A stretch of DNA of 64,000 nucleotides from the NCBI GenBank assembly GCA_951406725.2, contig OX597823.1:114018001-114082000 (forward strand), written 5' to 3'. This stretch comes from Octopus vulgaris (lineage: Eukaryota). The notes under the pieces are model-generated. The model searched no databases. It was not told the origin of the DNA and saw only the letters and a program-made list of their open reading frames with translations. The translations under genes were made by a program, and so were the position numbers. Position 1 is the first letter of the stretch. Every line of letters begins with the position of its first letter. Of the stretch, positions 27,009 through 40,698 are shown one piece after another.

Positions 27009-27456
27009 TAGAAGATGGACATTGGAAAAATTTGTCACAAATAATGGTAAAGCTATTTAGAGAGTTGTCTTAATTTATACTTATTCCCTCACTCCAATTT
27101 AGTACAATTATACATGGTTTTCTATCCGAAAATATAAGCAAATATATCTGAAACAAGAGTAATTGCTGAATATCGAGTCATACGGTCTCTCAAAGCAAGA
27201 AGATATCCACCATTTTGTTACAGTTGTTGATTTTGTCGTTGTCGCTTTTGTTAGCCTTCCAAGTTGTGACTGACAGAGTAGTTGTGATCATGAAGTTTCT
27301 TTTTCTTTTCTTTTTTTTTTTTTTGCAAACATGAAGTAACTAAAACTAAATACATCTTTCTTGGTAAAAGATTGCAGCCTGTGATATGGAAGGTATTTGG
27401 ATGCTAATTCTAGTAGGGGGAGTAATCCCATGAGTGTACCTTATTTGGATGGAAAA

Positions 27457-27518
27457 GATGTTGGTCAATAGGTAAGACTATAGGGTAAACCTTACAGTCT
27501 TACCGATCGACCAGCATC
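27457..27518. other. 62-nt near-perfect palindrome/hairpin
   Basis: gatgttggtcaataggtaagactatagggt / accttacagtcttaccgatcgaccagcatc; 30-bp stem with 2 G-U pairs and 3 mismatches. Confidence 0.8.
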
Positions 27519-27989
27519 GGATGCTACCTTCACGGACATTGCAGTTTACATTTCAAGAAAGAAAACAACAACTGTTAAACCTATATTCATTGCTTGCATA
27601 CCGATAAGCTCCCTTTTTTATGTCGTCCTTTATAGTTGTATTAATAAGGGGTATACTGATCTAACAGTAACCCTTTAACCATAAGGAGATGTCAAATCCA
27701 TAGCCACCCATTTCCATCCACCTGGTGCTGAGAGGGTTCCACTCTCGAAGCACATGTTCTAAACACTATTCTCAACAATTCATTATTCGAACAGCAACAA
27801 GTTCTCTTCCACCTTGTATACATTAATCCAGTTTTATATGCTATCAAATAAGATGTTGCGTCATTGAATTTCCTCTCAATGTATTTCTTGTTTAAATGAA
27901 ATAAATTGAGGCGGCCTCATCGAAAATCGATACCAAGTAGCAAGTAGTGAGTATAAAACTATATCCTTCCGTGACTCACTCACTAACAT

Positions 27990-28196
27990 ATTAGTCTCAC
28001 ATTTCGGTACAGGGCCAGCAATTTCGAGGGAGGAAGTAAGTCGATTATATCGACCCCAGTGATCAACTGATATTTATTTCCTCGACCCTGAAAGGATGAA
28101 AGGCACATTCGGCCTCGGCGGAAACTGAAATTAGAACGTAAAGCCGGATGAAATGCCGCTAATGATTTTACACGGCATGGTAACGATTCTGCCCTC
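27990..28196 (-). mobile_element. SINE family A, older subfamily
   Basis: ggccagcaattt..aagtcgattatatcgaccccagtg..gaaaggatgaaaggca..taacgattctgcc. Confidence 0.85.
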
Positions 28197-28419
28197 AATT
28201 AACTCACATATTAAATACTGATTTTATTGTGGTTCGAGACCAAATCATTGGTTCTACATTGACTGACAAACTTATTTGTAACGTTTATGTCGTTTTTCAG
28301 ACCATTATGTCGTGTAACGAAAATATTCTTCCTCGAAACGGAAATTTGAACCTCGCAACAGTCATAATCTTATATACTTACATATACGAGAGGAATGTGA
28401 AATATTCGCGACAACGTGT

Positions 28420-28472
28420 GCGGGTGCGTGTGTGCGCGCATGTGTATGTCTGTGTGAGTGTGTGTGTGTTTG

Positions 28473-28548
<76 letters not shown>
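28420..28548. repeat. (GT)n microsatellite
   Basis: Direct observation. Confidence 0.95.
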
Positions 28549-28549
<1 letters not shown>

Positions 28550-29153
28550 TTGACGTATTTTGTGGATGTACTGAAATGTTCAAACATCCTGCTTTTGGAG
28601 CTAATCATACAGAATGGAAATATATAGGATATTTTGTGGAGATATCCATTGTCCATGACCTAGTTGAGAAAGGGTAGCGTCTATGACACCTGGAAGAATT
28701 TTTTGAGAAGGAAATTTATCCTTAGGCCGAAAACCTGGCCAGAATGCTTGCAGTAATCTGTACCCCTCAGAAAAAAAAAACAAAAGCTTTATGATGAGAG
28801 GTTATCTGACTTACAGTTATGTAGTTTATTACTATATACCTACTGTTGCTGTGAAGTTATAGATCAATAATGTACAGAGCCGTTGAACTGTGTTCAAGTT
28901 TCAATATGTTAGTTTATACAACTTCTTGAAACATTCCCAATTTAACTGCTTCAATTGTTCCTTTCTTTCTTGAGTAGTAAAATAAGTAAAGGAAGGAAAA
29001 CCTGTCATTTTGTGCGTAAAGAATTTTTTTAAACAATAAGTGAACATTTCAATGATTCCTCTTGGACATACTGTAGTGCAAATATTGACTATTGTTAATG
29101 TAGACTGGTAGTGCCTTGTACATAAATTGGTATATATATATTTCATAGAATAA

Positions 29154-29641
29154 GGCGATGAGCTGGCAGAAACGCTAGCATGCCGGCCGAAATGCTTAAC
29201 GGTGTTTCGTCTTTCTTTACGTTTTAAAAGGCGGCGCGCTGGCAGAAACGTTAGCACGCCGGGTGAAATGCGTAGCCATATTTCGTCTGCCGTTACGTTC
29301 TGGGTTCAAATTCCGCCGAGGTCGACTTTGCCTTTCATCATTTCGAGGTCGATAAATTAAGTACCAGTTACGCACTGGGGTCGATGTCATCGACTTAATC
29401 CGTTTGTCTGTCCTTGTTTGTCACCTCTGTGTTTAGCCCTTTGTGGGTAGTAAAGAAATAGGTATTTCGTCTGTCGTTACGTTCTGACTTCAAATTCCGC
29501 CGAGGTCGACTTTGCCTTTCATCCTTTCGGCGTCGATAAATTAAGTACCAGTTACGCACTGGGGTCGATGTCATCGACTTAATCCGTTTGTCTGTCCTTG
29601 TTTGTCCCCTCTATGTTTAGCCCTTTGTGGGCAGTAAAGAA
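29154..29641 (+). mobile_element. Composite SINE family A (head-head-body-body)
   Basis: Heads at 29154 and ~29230, bodies repeated; single TSD atatatatatttcat(a/g)gaataa at 29132-29153 and 29642-29663. Confidence 0.9.
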
Positions 29642-30566
29642 ATATATATATTTCATGGAATAAATCACACAGAATCGTGATTTAATCTCTGCTGTGTCTG
29701 CAACCGTAATTACTTCTGTTAGTTTTTGGTTAAACCATGGTAAAAAGGGGTTAAAAAGATAACGAGCAATGTGGTCCCAGGATAACATTGTCTCACTTTT
29801 TTTTTATTATCAATTAGTTACAAATATTCTTCAACGAGGGTGATTTACCTTTCAGTAATAATTTGACGTCAGCTTCCTAAGATTTATGAAGTAATGAATA
29901 TTAATTGCTCGCATCTCAAAACAGATTTTTTACCAGTAAATTAGAAGCCATCCAATGCGAAATATGCGAAGGTGTGCATCGAATATCTGACAAGCAACAT
30001 CAACTTGTTAATGTTTTTCACAACATTTATTACATTTACGTATTCACCAGATGTAAAATCTTCTAACACCATCATCCCTGTGTAAGCAGCCAAAGCAGGA
30101 TTTATTTATTTATTCATTTTTGCTTTCAGTTTTCCTTTGAAGTTTTCTTTTTCTTTCAGCTTTGTAGATTATGTGAAGATAATGAGATGAAACTAAAAAT
30201 AACGCCTCGTTTATCATTTGCCAAACATGCCCGGCAGTAAGTGGCACCCCTTGAGAATTATTGTTTCCATGGCATTAATAAGAAATAAAATCTACATACA
30301 TCTGTTATCTTCAAATCTAAACACTAAGTTTCCCCCTGACACTTTTCAAGCCATTTAGAATCTCACCCCGATGAATTCCCTCGACAAAATCTAGGCGATG
30401 GCCGATTCCTCTGCCTTGCTGTCTTTTAACTCTACGCACCAGCCTAAAATATGTGATAAATTATATTCTACGTTCGTATTTCTTCTTTCGAAATTCTTGT
30501 CAGGTGGAAGGTTATATGTTTGCGATGCATCGGAGAAAAAAAAATTATCTATGAAAAGTTTCACTG

Positions 30567-30597
<31 letters not shown>

Positions 30598-30635
30598 TGT
30601 ATGTACATGTATGTATATATATATGTATGTATATA

Positions 30636-30691
<56 letters not shown>

Positions 30692-30698
30692 ATATATA

Positions 30699-30743
<45 letters not shown>

Positions 30744-30750
30744 ATATATA

Positions 30751-30962
30751 TGAGGTATACTTGCCATCTCAATATGGCTAACCACTAAGGGTGGGTGTTA
30801 CTGTAGCTTATAGAAAGTGTGCCTAAAGCCAGCTGGAGACGATGTTCTCCTGGGGCTACAAGCTACAGTAACACACACCCTTAGTGGTCAGCCATATTGA
30901 GATGGCAAGTATACCTCACATTGTCGTGCAGTTGCTGTTTATACCACGTTCAGAGATTTATT

Positions 30963-30969
<7 letters not shown>
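30751..30969 (+). mobile_element. Foldback element family H1 (63-bp arms + tail) in (TA)n
   Basis: Arms 30751-30813 and 30856-30918; tail gcagttgctgtttataccacgttcagagatttattat; arm motifs gccatct.aat.tggcta and gggtgttactg shared with the 1775 element. Confidence 0.88.
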
Positions 30970-31001
<32 letters not shown>

Positions 31002-31012
<11 letters not shown>

Positions 31013-31258
31013 AGGGAATTGCCACTATGTGGGATCTCTAATGCTAGAAGTAGATCCGCTATGGTCATTACCACTAAGAATTGTTCTCTAGCGGATCTAC
31101 TTCTAACATTAAGGTTTCCACATAGTGGTGATTCCCTCTTATATGTATGTAATACTATTTACTGAAACTCCGTTTTTTAATATGCTAGACGACTGGTGTT
31201 AAATTAATGTTATCAAATTAGTATCCAATTTTTCACCCTCATTTTAATTTTATGTAAA
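31002..31258 (+). mobile_element. Foldback element family H2 (60-bp arms + 110-bp tail) in (TA)n
   Basis: Arms 31002-31061 and 31089-31148; right arm + tail homologous to 23481-23640. Confidence 0.85.
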
Positions 31259-32002
31259 TATATATATATATATATATACATTTGCGTTCGTGCAAGCGTG
31301 TATGTTGTGTTTGTGTGTGCGTGTGTATACGTACCAGTGTGTGAAAGACGAAACATTTTTTCTTGCACTAAGCTTACGAAATGTTCTGTTATATATTTAT
31401 CTATTTGTTTAAGATTCTTTAAATAATAAATATTTCAACAAATATAGAAACCTCTCTTTAGTAAAGCAAAGCCAAAAATAAAGGAAAGAAAATACACATC
31501 ACAAAATTGCAAGTAAAGATTTCTTAGCCATAAAAGAAAGATTCTCATTGTAGCCAGAAGGAAGTCAATTTGGTCCGGATGTTTCAATATTGTCTTAGTC
31601 GCGGATATTCACCTGATGAATTTTGGAATTGATCAGTTGTCGAAGAGTAGTAAAGCCAATTTAAATCGGATATTTCAATGCAACACCACATCATAATGAC
31701 ATCAAGAAATCCTAAAGAGATGTGGATTACGGAATATTTCCTTGACATTTCTCTTTTTCTTCTTTCCTCCTCCTCTACTTTATCTTTCGCTATCTTTTCT
31801 AAGAACCAGATACATAATAAGGAATATCCTGTGTGTTTCAAATAACATTTAGTAAACTAAATATGGCTACGTCAACATTTTATATTGCTATATCTATTGT
31901 GATTATCGTGGAAATTTTCCTAATATGGTGCACCTAGGCTCGGAGTGATGAGTTCAAATCTTTCGTATGATTTTCGCTGCTACTTTTGTTGTTTTTGCTG
32001 CT

Positions 32003-32179
32003 GCTTGTTTGTTTGTTGAGCGAAGCGGTCTTCGTCCCAGAGTGGAAGAAGTCCGAAACGTGGTCCTTTGCTATTCGTAAGACCCGCAGAAGAGAAAGCA
32101 GGTCAACCCCCGACACCGAGAGCATCGACGGTTGGATGAATGCGCACCCAAGCTCAGCGGTTGCGTAGGCAGTCGGGGT
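32003..32179 (-). mobile_element. 5'-truncated SINE B tail type 2
   Basis: Matches 50325-50470; (AACA)n end. Confidence 0.85.
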
Positions 32180-32531
32180 GCTGCTGCTGCTACAGATGAT
32201 GATAATAATGTCGTTTTGTTGTTGGTGTTGTTTAGCCATATTTTAACCTAAGTCAAGCGCACCAATAAACAAAGATATTAAAATCGTCTTTCTAAATGCA
32301 TTTATGATTTAAGGTAGATTTGACTGAAATTTCAAGCAGAGTATATGCACATGTAAATGTCTTCTTGTTGAAACGGGTTTTATTTTATAATTGCATTGCT
32401 ATATCTCGTTGTGAATAATGTATATATAAGTATAATATGGTTCCCGTACACTCCTAAATGTATTCTCAAATATAATTATATATTCTTCCGATTATATTTT
32501 CTGTTTCTTTAATAATTTAACAGTCCATAAC

Positions 32532-32921
32532 GTGGAGGTGAAATGGTCCTCTAGTTAGGACAGCAGACTTATGGTCGTAGAATCGAGGTTTCTATTCCCA
32601 GACCTGGCATTGTGAGTGTTTATTGAGCGAAAACGCCTAAAGCTCCAAGAAGCTCCGGCAGGGGGGGGGGGGCGAACCCTGCTGTGCTCTTTCACCACAA
32701 CTTTCTCTCACTGTTTCTTCCTGCTTCTCTCGTACCTGTATTTCAAAGGGCCAGCATTGTGACAATCTGTATCACGCTGAAACTCCCTGAGAATTCCGTT
32801 AAGGGTACACATGTCTGTGGAGTGTTCAGCCACTTGCACGTTAATTTCACGAGCAGGCTGTTTCCGTGAATTGGATCAACTAGAACCCTCGTCGTCGTAA
32901 CCGACGGAGCGCCACGACAGA
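32532..32921 (+). mobile_element. SINE family B, tail type 1 (diverged)
   Basis: TSD agtccataac at 32522-32531 and 32922-32931. Confidence 0.92.
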
Positions 32922-35646
32922 AGTCCATAACTAACAATAACCACATTTTGTGTTGACAAAATAAACTGGATAATTTAACGCATCCTCACCTGAGATATTT
33001 AGCTATCAGCAACAATAGAACAAGGAAGGTGTTTATACTCAACAGAGAAGGGAATCTGTGCTAATACCCGACTGGATTCATAATTAAAATCATATTTTCA
33101 CAATTTAATATTCTGTATAGAAAATAAGGACAAAAACGAAATGATCAGCCGGATGGCGTCGATAGAAAATCTGTTTCGTTTACGGGTACTGGCACTTTAG
33201 TTTTGCGAAGACACAGATTGATAAATACAGTGTCCGTAGGAGAAGTCCTAGAAGGGACATTAAAGGTGATATTTTATATTGAAAGTTGATGGTCTTTCTT
33301 TAGCTACCGTCTACAATACGTGCGTGCAACCATTATATTATCTAAGATATTTGAAGTGGACTCTAACAAAACAGTTACTTTGTAAAGGTTTAACAGCGGG
33401 ATGTCGGCGAAATGGCGTCCAAACTTATTGCAAACTTAGCTGTAGCCATGAAAGATCATTTATCTAACATTGTGATAGCTATTTTTATCACGAGGTCATA
33501 GATTTATTGTATTTTGTTTACCTTCTCTTAAATATTAGATATTCTATTCTACTCAAAAGCAAAACAATAATTGTGTTGGAACTGACAGAGTGAAAAGAGC
33601 ATCAAACTAAACGATTTACCGAAACTACCCTCTTCGTCTATGTTCATGTATCCGTCATCAGATGGGTATCGCTTGGTTTAATGCTTGCCATGATATTGCC
33701 AATAAAATGTATTTCATGAGATTCATACAAGAGTTAGTTTTCTGTATCTTAAAAAAGAAATATATATACAATACCAAACTTTGATTGGCTAGTGTATTAC
33801 TTGAAGAATATATCCCGTATTAGCTTACGTAAGAGATATCTTTGCTTTACAACTGTCAGTGAAATTTTCTTTTACCACAAAAGTATTCAACGATAACAGA
33901 AGCAAATTCTGTAGAATCAGTAAAATCTATTACAATGTATCATATTACAAGGTGAATATTCATATAAAATGGCCTTTTTTTTCTTGTTGTTGATTGAGCA
34001 AACATACATTGGATTTCATTTTGTTTACAATGTTACTTTTTGCGTATCATTCAAAAGTGTGTCATTTGATGATTACTTTATTTGGCATGTTGTTATGGTA
34101 GATTCATATATTTGGTTTCTATCCATTGTTCTTGATTAGTTGTTGTTGTCCTTGGGAGCGGTAGGTGGAATGATTGTATTGTGTTTAGAGAAATACACCG
34201 AACTTAAAAGATAAGGAATTACGTATGTACATATGCCTGAATCATTTTCTGTCTGTATAGATGAAATGATGTGCTTATAAAGAGACACGAAAATTAGAAT
34301 GTGCGAGCGTATGTGTGGGGAAGCGTGTGTGTGTGTGTGTGCGTGTTTGTATTTGTTTATATATTATAATATAGCACATGCGTGTGTGTATGCATGTATA
34401 TGTGTGTGTGGGAGGGTGTTTATATGATAAAATTATTGATATTATCGTAAGATACGAAGGTAAATGTTGCTGTCAATAAGGATATTGTTTCCTAATATTA
34501 TCTAAAATATAAATATCTAAAATATCACTTGATGAAAAATTCATAATTTTTCTGCTATCACAACAGGCAACATATTAGCAATGAAATATCTATTATTATA
34601 TTACGTTATAGATATTATTTACAGATATAACTTTGTTCAATAAGAAGTCCATGCATAGTTTGTTTGATCTCCCCACACAACTGTTCCGAGCAGCATGTTT
34701 ATTCATTCTCGTATATGATTAGAAATAACGTTGGCATGAAAACAAACTGTAACCATTTACCAATATTTTACTTGGGGTTCAAATCTGACATATGCCAGAT
34801 GAATGTTGATATCAGAAAATGAAATTTTCAATATCAATATGAGATAATGTAGCAGGCATTAAGAAATTGCAGAAAAGACGAATTTCGATTATATTGTTGC
34901 CAACGAAGAATCGGGGAGGGGTCGATGGTTATAGGTCCTTCCATTTTATAACTATATTTTAGAAAATTAAGGTTTCTATGCATTCCAAAGATGAATGTAA
35001 AGAACATTTTATGTAAAGTAAAAACATTTATGATGAATAAAAAAACATTAATATAATCGTTTTCTAAATAAACTTTCACTTGCATTAGCCTCCTGTACAC
35101 CATTACTTACAGACGTGATCATCGATTCACAAGAACTCGTAGACGAACCTGTAGGTTTCTTTTTAAAAAAGCAAGTCTAGAGTTTTTTGCTTAGAGGAAG
35201 TTTTTGTTCATCGTTGTCTATAGATTTCTCGGTAACACACAGAAGCATTTGTTATGGTAGAAGAAACTCCTGCACTACGCTCAAAATTCGGGTCTTGTGT
35301 TTCAGAAATAAAACTCGTAAACCCGAGGTCTCTTAAAGCGGATCCTCGTAAAATGAGGCATTGCTGTACTTGATGCTACTTTGGAAGGGGCTTTATTCTA
35401 AGAAACGAAATCGCTTTACAAAAAGTATATAAAACTATTACTTCTTTCGTTGCATTCACCATATTTATGTATCATAGCATTAATAATATTTTCTACTCTG
35501 GCCCCCTCCCTCAAAATTCAAGCTATAAGAAAATAGACAGAATGAAGATGCATAAAGGGACAAACAAAACGTGTAAAGATATAACTACAAATGATACTAA
35601 CGGTACTCACCTGTATAGCGTAGCAATAGTGATAAGTTCCAAAGAT

Positions 35647-35681
<35 letters not shown>

Positions 35682-35849
35682 AACATGAACGTATGAGTGT
35701 TTGTGAGTATGTATGACGTGCCAGTATCGTTCAAGTACCTTTTCTACAACCAAACTCTACTTTCGTTATCTTCCTCCCACATGCAATTGCTCAAGCAAAT
35801 ATGTGTGCCCTATGAAAATGTTCGTAGTATCCAACACGAGAAGTCAAAT

Positions 35850-36010
35850 CTTCCTCAATTTACAACCACCGTGTTAGAAAAGGAAGGACACATTAGACCA
35901 CATAGTTCTACAAACACCTCATCGAAAAGAAAGTGCGAAGTGGTCGAGTTAGGAACGCTTTTGATCATAAGTCTGATCAATTGTGGCTGGTCTATGGTTG
36001 AATAACTACA
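35850..36010. repeat. Ancient diverged interspersed repeat (related pieces at ~40240-40430, 46215-46350, 27235-27420, 49420-49540)
   Basis: Shared loose motif gttgtt..tagcccca.gtcag...cagac(c/t)tatgatcaaa(a)g..ttcc, in either orientation. Confidence 0.4.
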
Positions 36011-36919
36011 AATATATCCGCAAATATTGGTTGAACTTTGTTAACTGAAGATAAATATGAATTTTTCATTTTCTTTTGTTATAATATTTAAGTTTTAAAA
36101 GTAAAGCCTGGTAAATTTCAGTGATTTTGAAGAATTTGCAGAGCGTTATAATGAATAACCTTCGGTATTTATTCCACCCTTTTTGCATTCTTTCCTTTTA
36201 AATAGCATCGGGATCTACTTAAGCTTTCATCTCACCGGGATCGATAGCGATTGCGGCGAAGATATACGCTCCATTTCCTTATATATATATTTAAGTATAA
36301 TATAATTTGGTTTCATCAATAATATAAAAGGATTCCACGAAATATGTATAAGTTTCGAGCAAAGAGATTACAATAATTCACACAACTGGTCGATCTTACA
36401 AGTCAATTTTAATTCCTATTTGATGCCAGATAATTTCGTTTACGCAAGTAATCTTCCTGAAAATAGAATGGATATCACACTCCCTAATGTATTATTTTCC
36501 CTTAAATGTACAGCTTTTCATCTGAGTTCAAAACAGGTTAGTTTAGTAAGTACTGAAACCATAGATTAGAATATGTAATAAGGTGTGAGGGAATTACAGA
36601 GCCGGCTTCCATTTCTGGTTGAATCTGCAGTTGCTCACATCTCAAAGCTGATGCAAATTTTAAATATAATTTTAGCAACGTAGAATTTCCTTACATTTCC
36701 TAATAAGTGAGTGGGAACATAAGTGATAAATGCATTTTACTCAATGTATGTAGTGAAATTTATAAGCATTAAAGCTTCCTGAAAAACCTATCATAGTGAG
36801 TTATCATCGTTTCTAAATTTATTTAATACACTCATTTATATACGTAATGTACACACATACATGTGTGTCTACGCTTATATAGAGATGTGTGCATATATCT
36901 GAGTGTGTGTGTGTGTGTC

Positions 36920-36983
<64 letters not shown>

Positions 36984-37306
36984 GTTGCACGCACGGAAGC
37001 ACGTGCACGTTCTGATGTCTGTGCTTGTCTCTGGTATTGAATTGCATGCTGAGGGTGAACACGTTCTTTCAGCACCATAATTTCAAACGTGACCTTGTCA
37101 CACGCTCATGATCTTCTGGTTCTGTTCTAATCTATTCAGTTAGGTTTTGTGTAAACGAGTGTCTTCAGTTAAGGACTCTGGGAAAAACAACACACACTTT
37201 AATCCACAACGCTTCAATGATGGGAGGAAAGATGCATCGACTTTTCATTATACGTTAATGACAAGGTGCATTGACATAGCATAAACTTCCAATAATGAAA
37301 TCTAAC

Positions 37307-37590
37307 TTTTCTTTTTCTTCTTCTTCTTCTCCTCCTCCTCCTCCTCCTCCGCCTTCTTTTTCCTCCTTCTTCTTCCTCTTCTTTTCCTCTTCTCCTCCAC
37401 CTGCCTCTTCTTCTCTTCCTCCGCCTTCTTCTTCTTCTTCTTCTTCTTCTTCTTCTTTTTCTCCTCCTTCTTCTTCTTCCCCCATCTTCCCCCTTTGCTT
37501 CTCCTTCTTCCTCCTCTTCCTTCTTCTCCTTCTTCTCCTCCTCCTTCTTCTGCTCACCCCCCTCCTTATTCATCCTCCTGCTCCTCATGT
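37307..37590. repeat. (CTT/CCT)n polypyrimidine tract
   Basis: Direct observation; about 280 bp almost purely C/T. Confidence 0.95.
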
Positions 37591-38161
37591 GTAACTCCTA
37601 TAGGTGTCGCCAATCTTGAGGCTGTATGCCCTCCTACGTCCAACACACAACTTAGCACGTTACCGAGCGATTATTTCAAAAAGCCAACTGGAAAGGTCAA
37701 CGAGTATCTTCTTTTATCTTCCCTGAGCTTCCTTTAAGTTTCACTCTTGATAACTAAGTGCACTCACATCGTCTCCAATTGAACGTAGCTTGTTGCGTCC
37801 TCTTCCTACTCCTCGTCTTTCCCTTCTCTTCCTCCTCTTAGCAATATTTCTGGCTGTTTTCCTCGTCTAAAGACTTCGATGTTTATCAGTTTATCTGCAG
37901 AGGACATCTTCAATATTCATCTAAGAAATCACCTCTCAAAACTGGTAAACATTTGCACTTGATACTTCTGCTCACACAAAGGAATATATCGATAGATTCT
38001 TTGTATTCTGCGAGGCCATTACTACAAAGACACGATATACAAAGTCACTGGCAAGATTTTTACTTCAATGCCATGACATTTCAAAGACAATACCTAAAAT
38101 TCCATTGACAAATTCCATAGCACTTCCATGATTGACGTCACATTTCCATCGAAAGAATATA

Positions 38162-38374
38162 CGAGGGGCTACTGAAAAGTTCCTGGCATTAAGGGCATCG
38201 CGAATGGTTGATGGGAGGCCCAAACTTATGAGCCCTTTTACAGGGCTTAGAAAACTGAAGGACTGCTGCGATGTATGTGAATCTGAGAGGGGAATATGTT
38301 GAATAAAATTATAATTATCTGACGCTCTAAAATTTTCTTTTACCCAAAACCCGGATCTTTTCAGCATTCCCTTA
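38162..38374 (+). mobile_element. Mariner-derived MITE
   Basis: TA-cgaggggctactgaaaagttcctgg ... ccggatcttttcagcattccctta-TA; internal GLRKLKDCC..NLRGEYVE* resembles the mariner C-terminus. Confidence 0.85.
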
Positions 38375-38649
38375 TAATACTTTACGTTTTGTAGTTTTAA
38401 ATAATATAGTTATATATTTTTATGATTTGATTTTATTTGATTACTGCATATCGAATCTACTCTACTTTATACTAGCTGAATGGATTATTAGATACAACAA
38501 CACATTCTGGGAAAGCAATATTTCAGGTTCTAAATATTCTTTAAATAATTTAATCAGGATTGAATCAGGAATGGTATGTTTGTGTAACATCTCATGCCAG
38601 ATTGACTTTAAATAAAAGTCTGTGATACTTTTTACGTCTTATACTTCAG

Positions 38650-38890
38650 CAGTTTTAATTATGACTTAATCTTTCCACAGTTTTCATTATAACTTAATCT
38701 TTCCACAGTTTTAATTATGATTAATATTTCCACAGTTTTAATTATGATTAATATTTCCACAGTTTTAATTATGATTAATATTTCCACAGTTTTAATTATG
38801 ATTAATATTTCCACAGTTTTAATTATGATTAATATTTCCACAGTTTTAATTATGACTTAATCTTTCCACAGTTTAATTTCTGACTTAATT
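38650..38890. repeat. 27-bp minisatellite (acagttttaattatgattaatatttcc), about 8 units
   Basis: Direct observation; central units identical. Confidence 0.95.
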
Positions 38891-39348
38891 CTGAACTTTG
38901 GTAAAAAAAACATCCTAGTCTGGTGGCGAGTGGAAAACACTCGAATCCATGCGGCATAGTTACACCAAGGGCCTGGTCCGAATAATTTTTACAGAGTTAA
39001 GTCTGCTAAAAGTAAGAACGGATGATGTGGTGTTAAACCAGGCTAAGGCTGACGTCTACAATGCAGCTGTAGGTAGAGGTCATATACCAGGTTTCATAAC
39101 AGTTTCTAACCACTCAATGGCATCTATAAAACTCCTATCACCCTTCTAATGTGATACTACCACGCATATTCAAACTCAGAGTCGCACAGTTTGTGAGGAG
39201 AACTTCTTAACACAATTATGGCTTTACTTACAACTATATAGCACATAATGCGCTGTATCCAGACATCAGATAACACGCATTATAAGAAGAATATTTAAAC
39301 TGGTTATCACTAATAAATGTGTGTGTATAAGTGTGTGTGTGCGCGTGC

Positions 39349-39400
<52 letters not shown>

Positions 39401-40479
39401 AAATGGATAAGATGAGTTTACACTTGTTTGTGTGTATCTTTCAATGTGCACACACGTGTATGATACTTTCGGTTGCTGGTGCAAGTTTGGACATGTTGCA
39501 TGACATGTTTTAGACAAAATCATTTGCGTATGTCATCTGTCAAATTGGTTCCAGATGATAACAATTTAATAAACGTTCATTCATTCTTGACGTAAGGTTG
39601 CCTCGTGGCCTATTTAGAACATTGTAGAATGTTCAAACTTCTTAATATTCAGAACGCAAATATAGAAGCCTCCAGAAATATGTAAACCAGCCTTTATTAA
39701 AGAAGCATCTCAAAGATGATTGAATTCACTGCGTGATACGTCTTTAATAAAGACTTATTTTAATGAATATTGAGTTTGTGTTAACGTTGTTAATGAAGGG
39801 AAGCCTCACATATTTAACTAGTGATACTTAAAACAATTTAAGCTCTATTACTTCTATTATTTTAGGAAGAATTGGAGATAAATAAGGACAGCTTTTGCGC
39901 TTATTAGATCTCTTCAGTGAACTATAGACTTTGTAGTAACGGGGAAAGTATCTACTGAAGAAGAAATAACAAAATATGCCTGCTGTATTCTATAGTAATA
40001 AGTGTGAAGAATTAGCATATTCAAAATAAGACTGCGTGTATTACACTGAAACTGTAACCACAGATACAGTAATAGTTAAGATGGTGTTGGAACTGGAAAT
40101 TTGCAAATCTATGATCATTGAAACAATGCAATAATTTACAAATAACTTAGATAACTTTTAAAATCCGTCACCCGTTCTATCACTGTCAATGTCTCATTTT
40201 CACTGAATTGTCACTCACGCACGCTCTTTTATGATGGATTAGTTGTTGTTTCGTTCCCAGCTCAAGCTCTATGATGCAGACCTATGATCGAAGCTGTTCC
40301 AGTCCTCCACGTTCTATTTCATTAGAGTATCATACAGATTTCGCGGGTTGCATTTTCCAATATGTTCAGCTTTCTTTCAAAAGAATATAAACCCAGATGT
40401 GAGAGACTGCTATTTCTAGAAAGTAAGATAAACAAGTAGACATTTATATGTGTGTGTTTCTGTGCCTGTGTGTCTATGT

Positions 40480-40511
<32 letters not shown>

Positions 40512-40580
40512 TATATATATATACATACATGCATATACATACACACACATACACACATGCACGCACGCACACACACACAC

Positions 40581-40619
<39 letters not shown>

Positions 40620-40646
40620 CTATTACTTAACCATCCCCCTCACACC

Positions 40647-40698
40647 GTCTCCGATGAAGGGATTTAATTCATAAATATCCGGGAAACAGCTGTAAGAC
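40647..40698 (+). ncRNA. Type-I hammerhead motif in a (TA)n-flanked 130-bp insert
   Basis: gtct-CcGATGA-ag-ggat..atcc-gg-GAAA-cagctG-TA-agac: stem I gtct/agac, stem III palindrome ACAGCTGT, GUA site; U4 to C deviation. Confidence 0.65.

Noticed and set aside
37214-37594. Arg/Glu-rich ORFs
   Set aside because: Translations of the (CTT/CCT)n tract
38650-38890. CRISPR-like array
   Set aside because: Units are contiguous with no unique spacers, no cas genes, eukaryotic context
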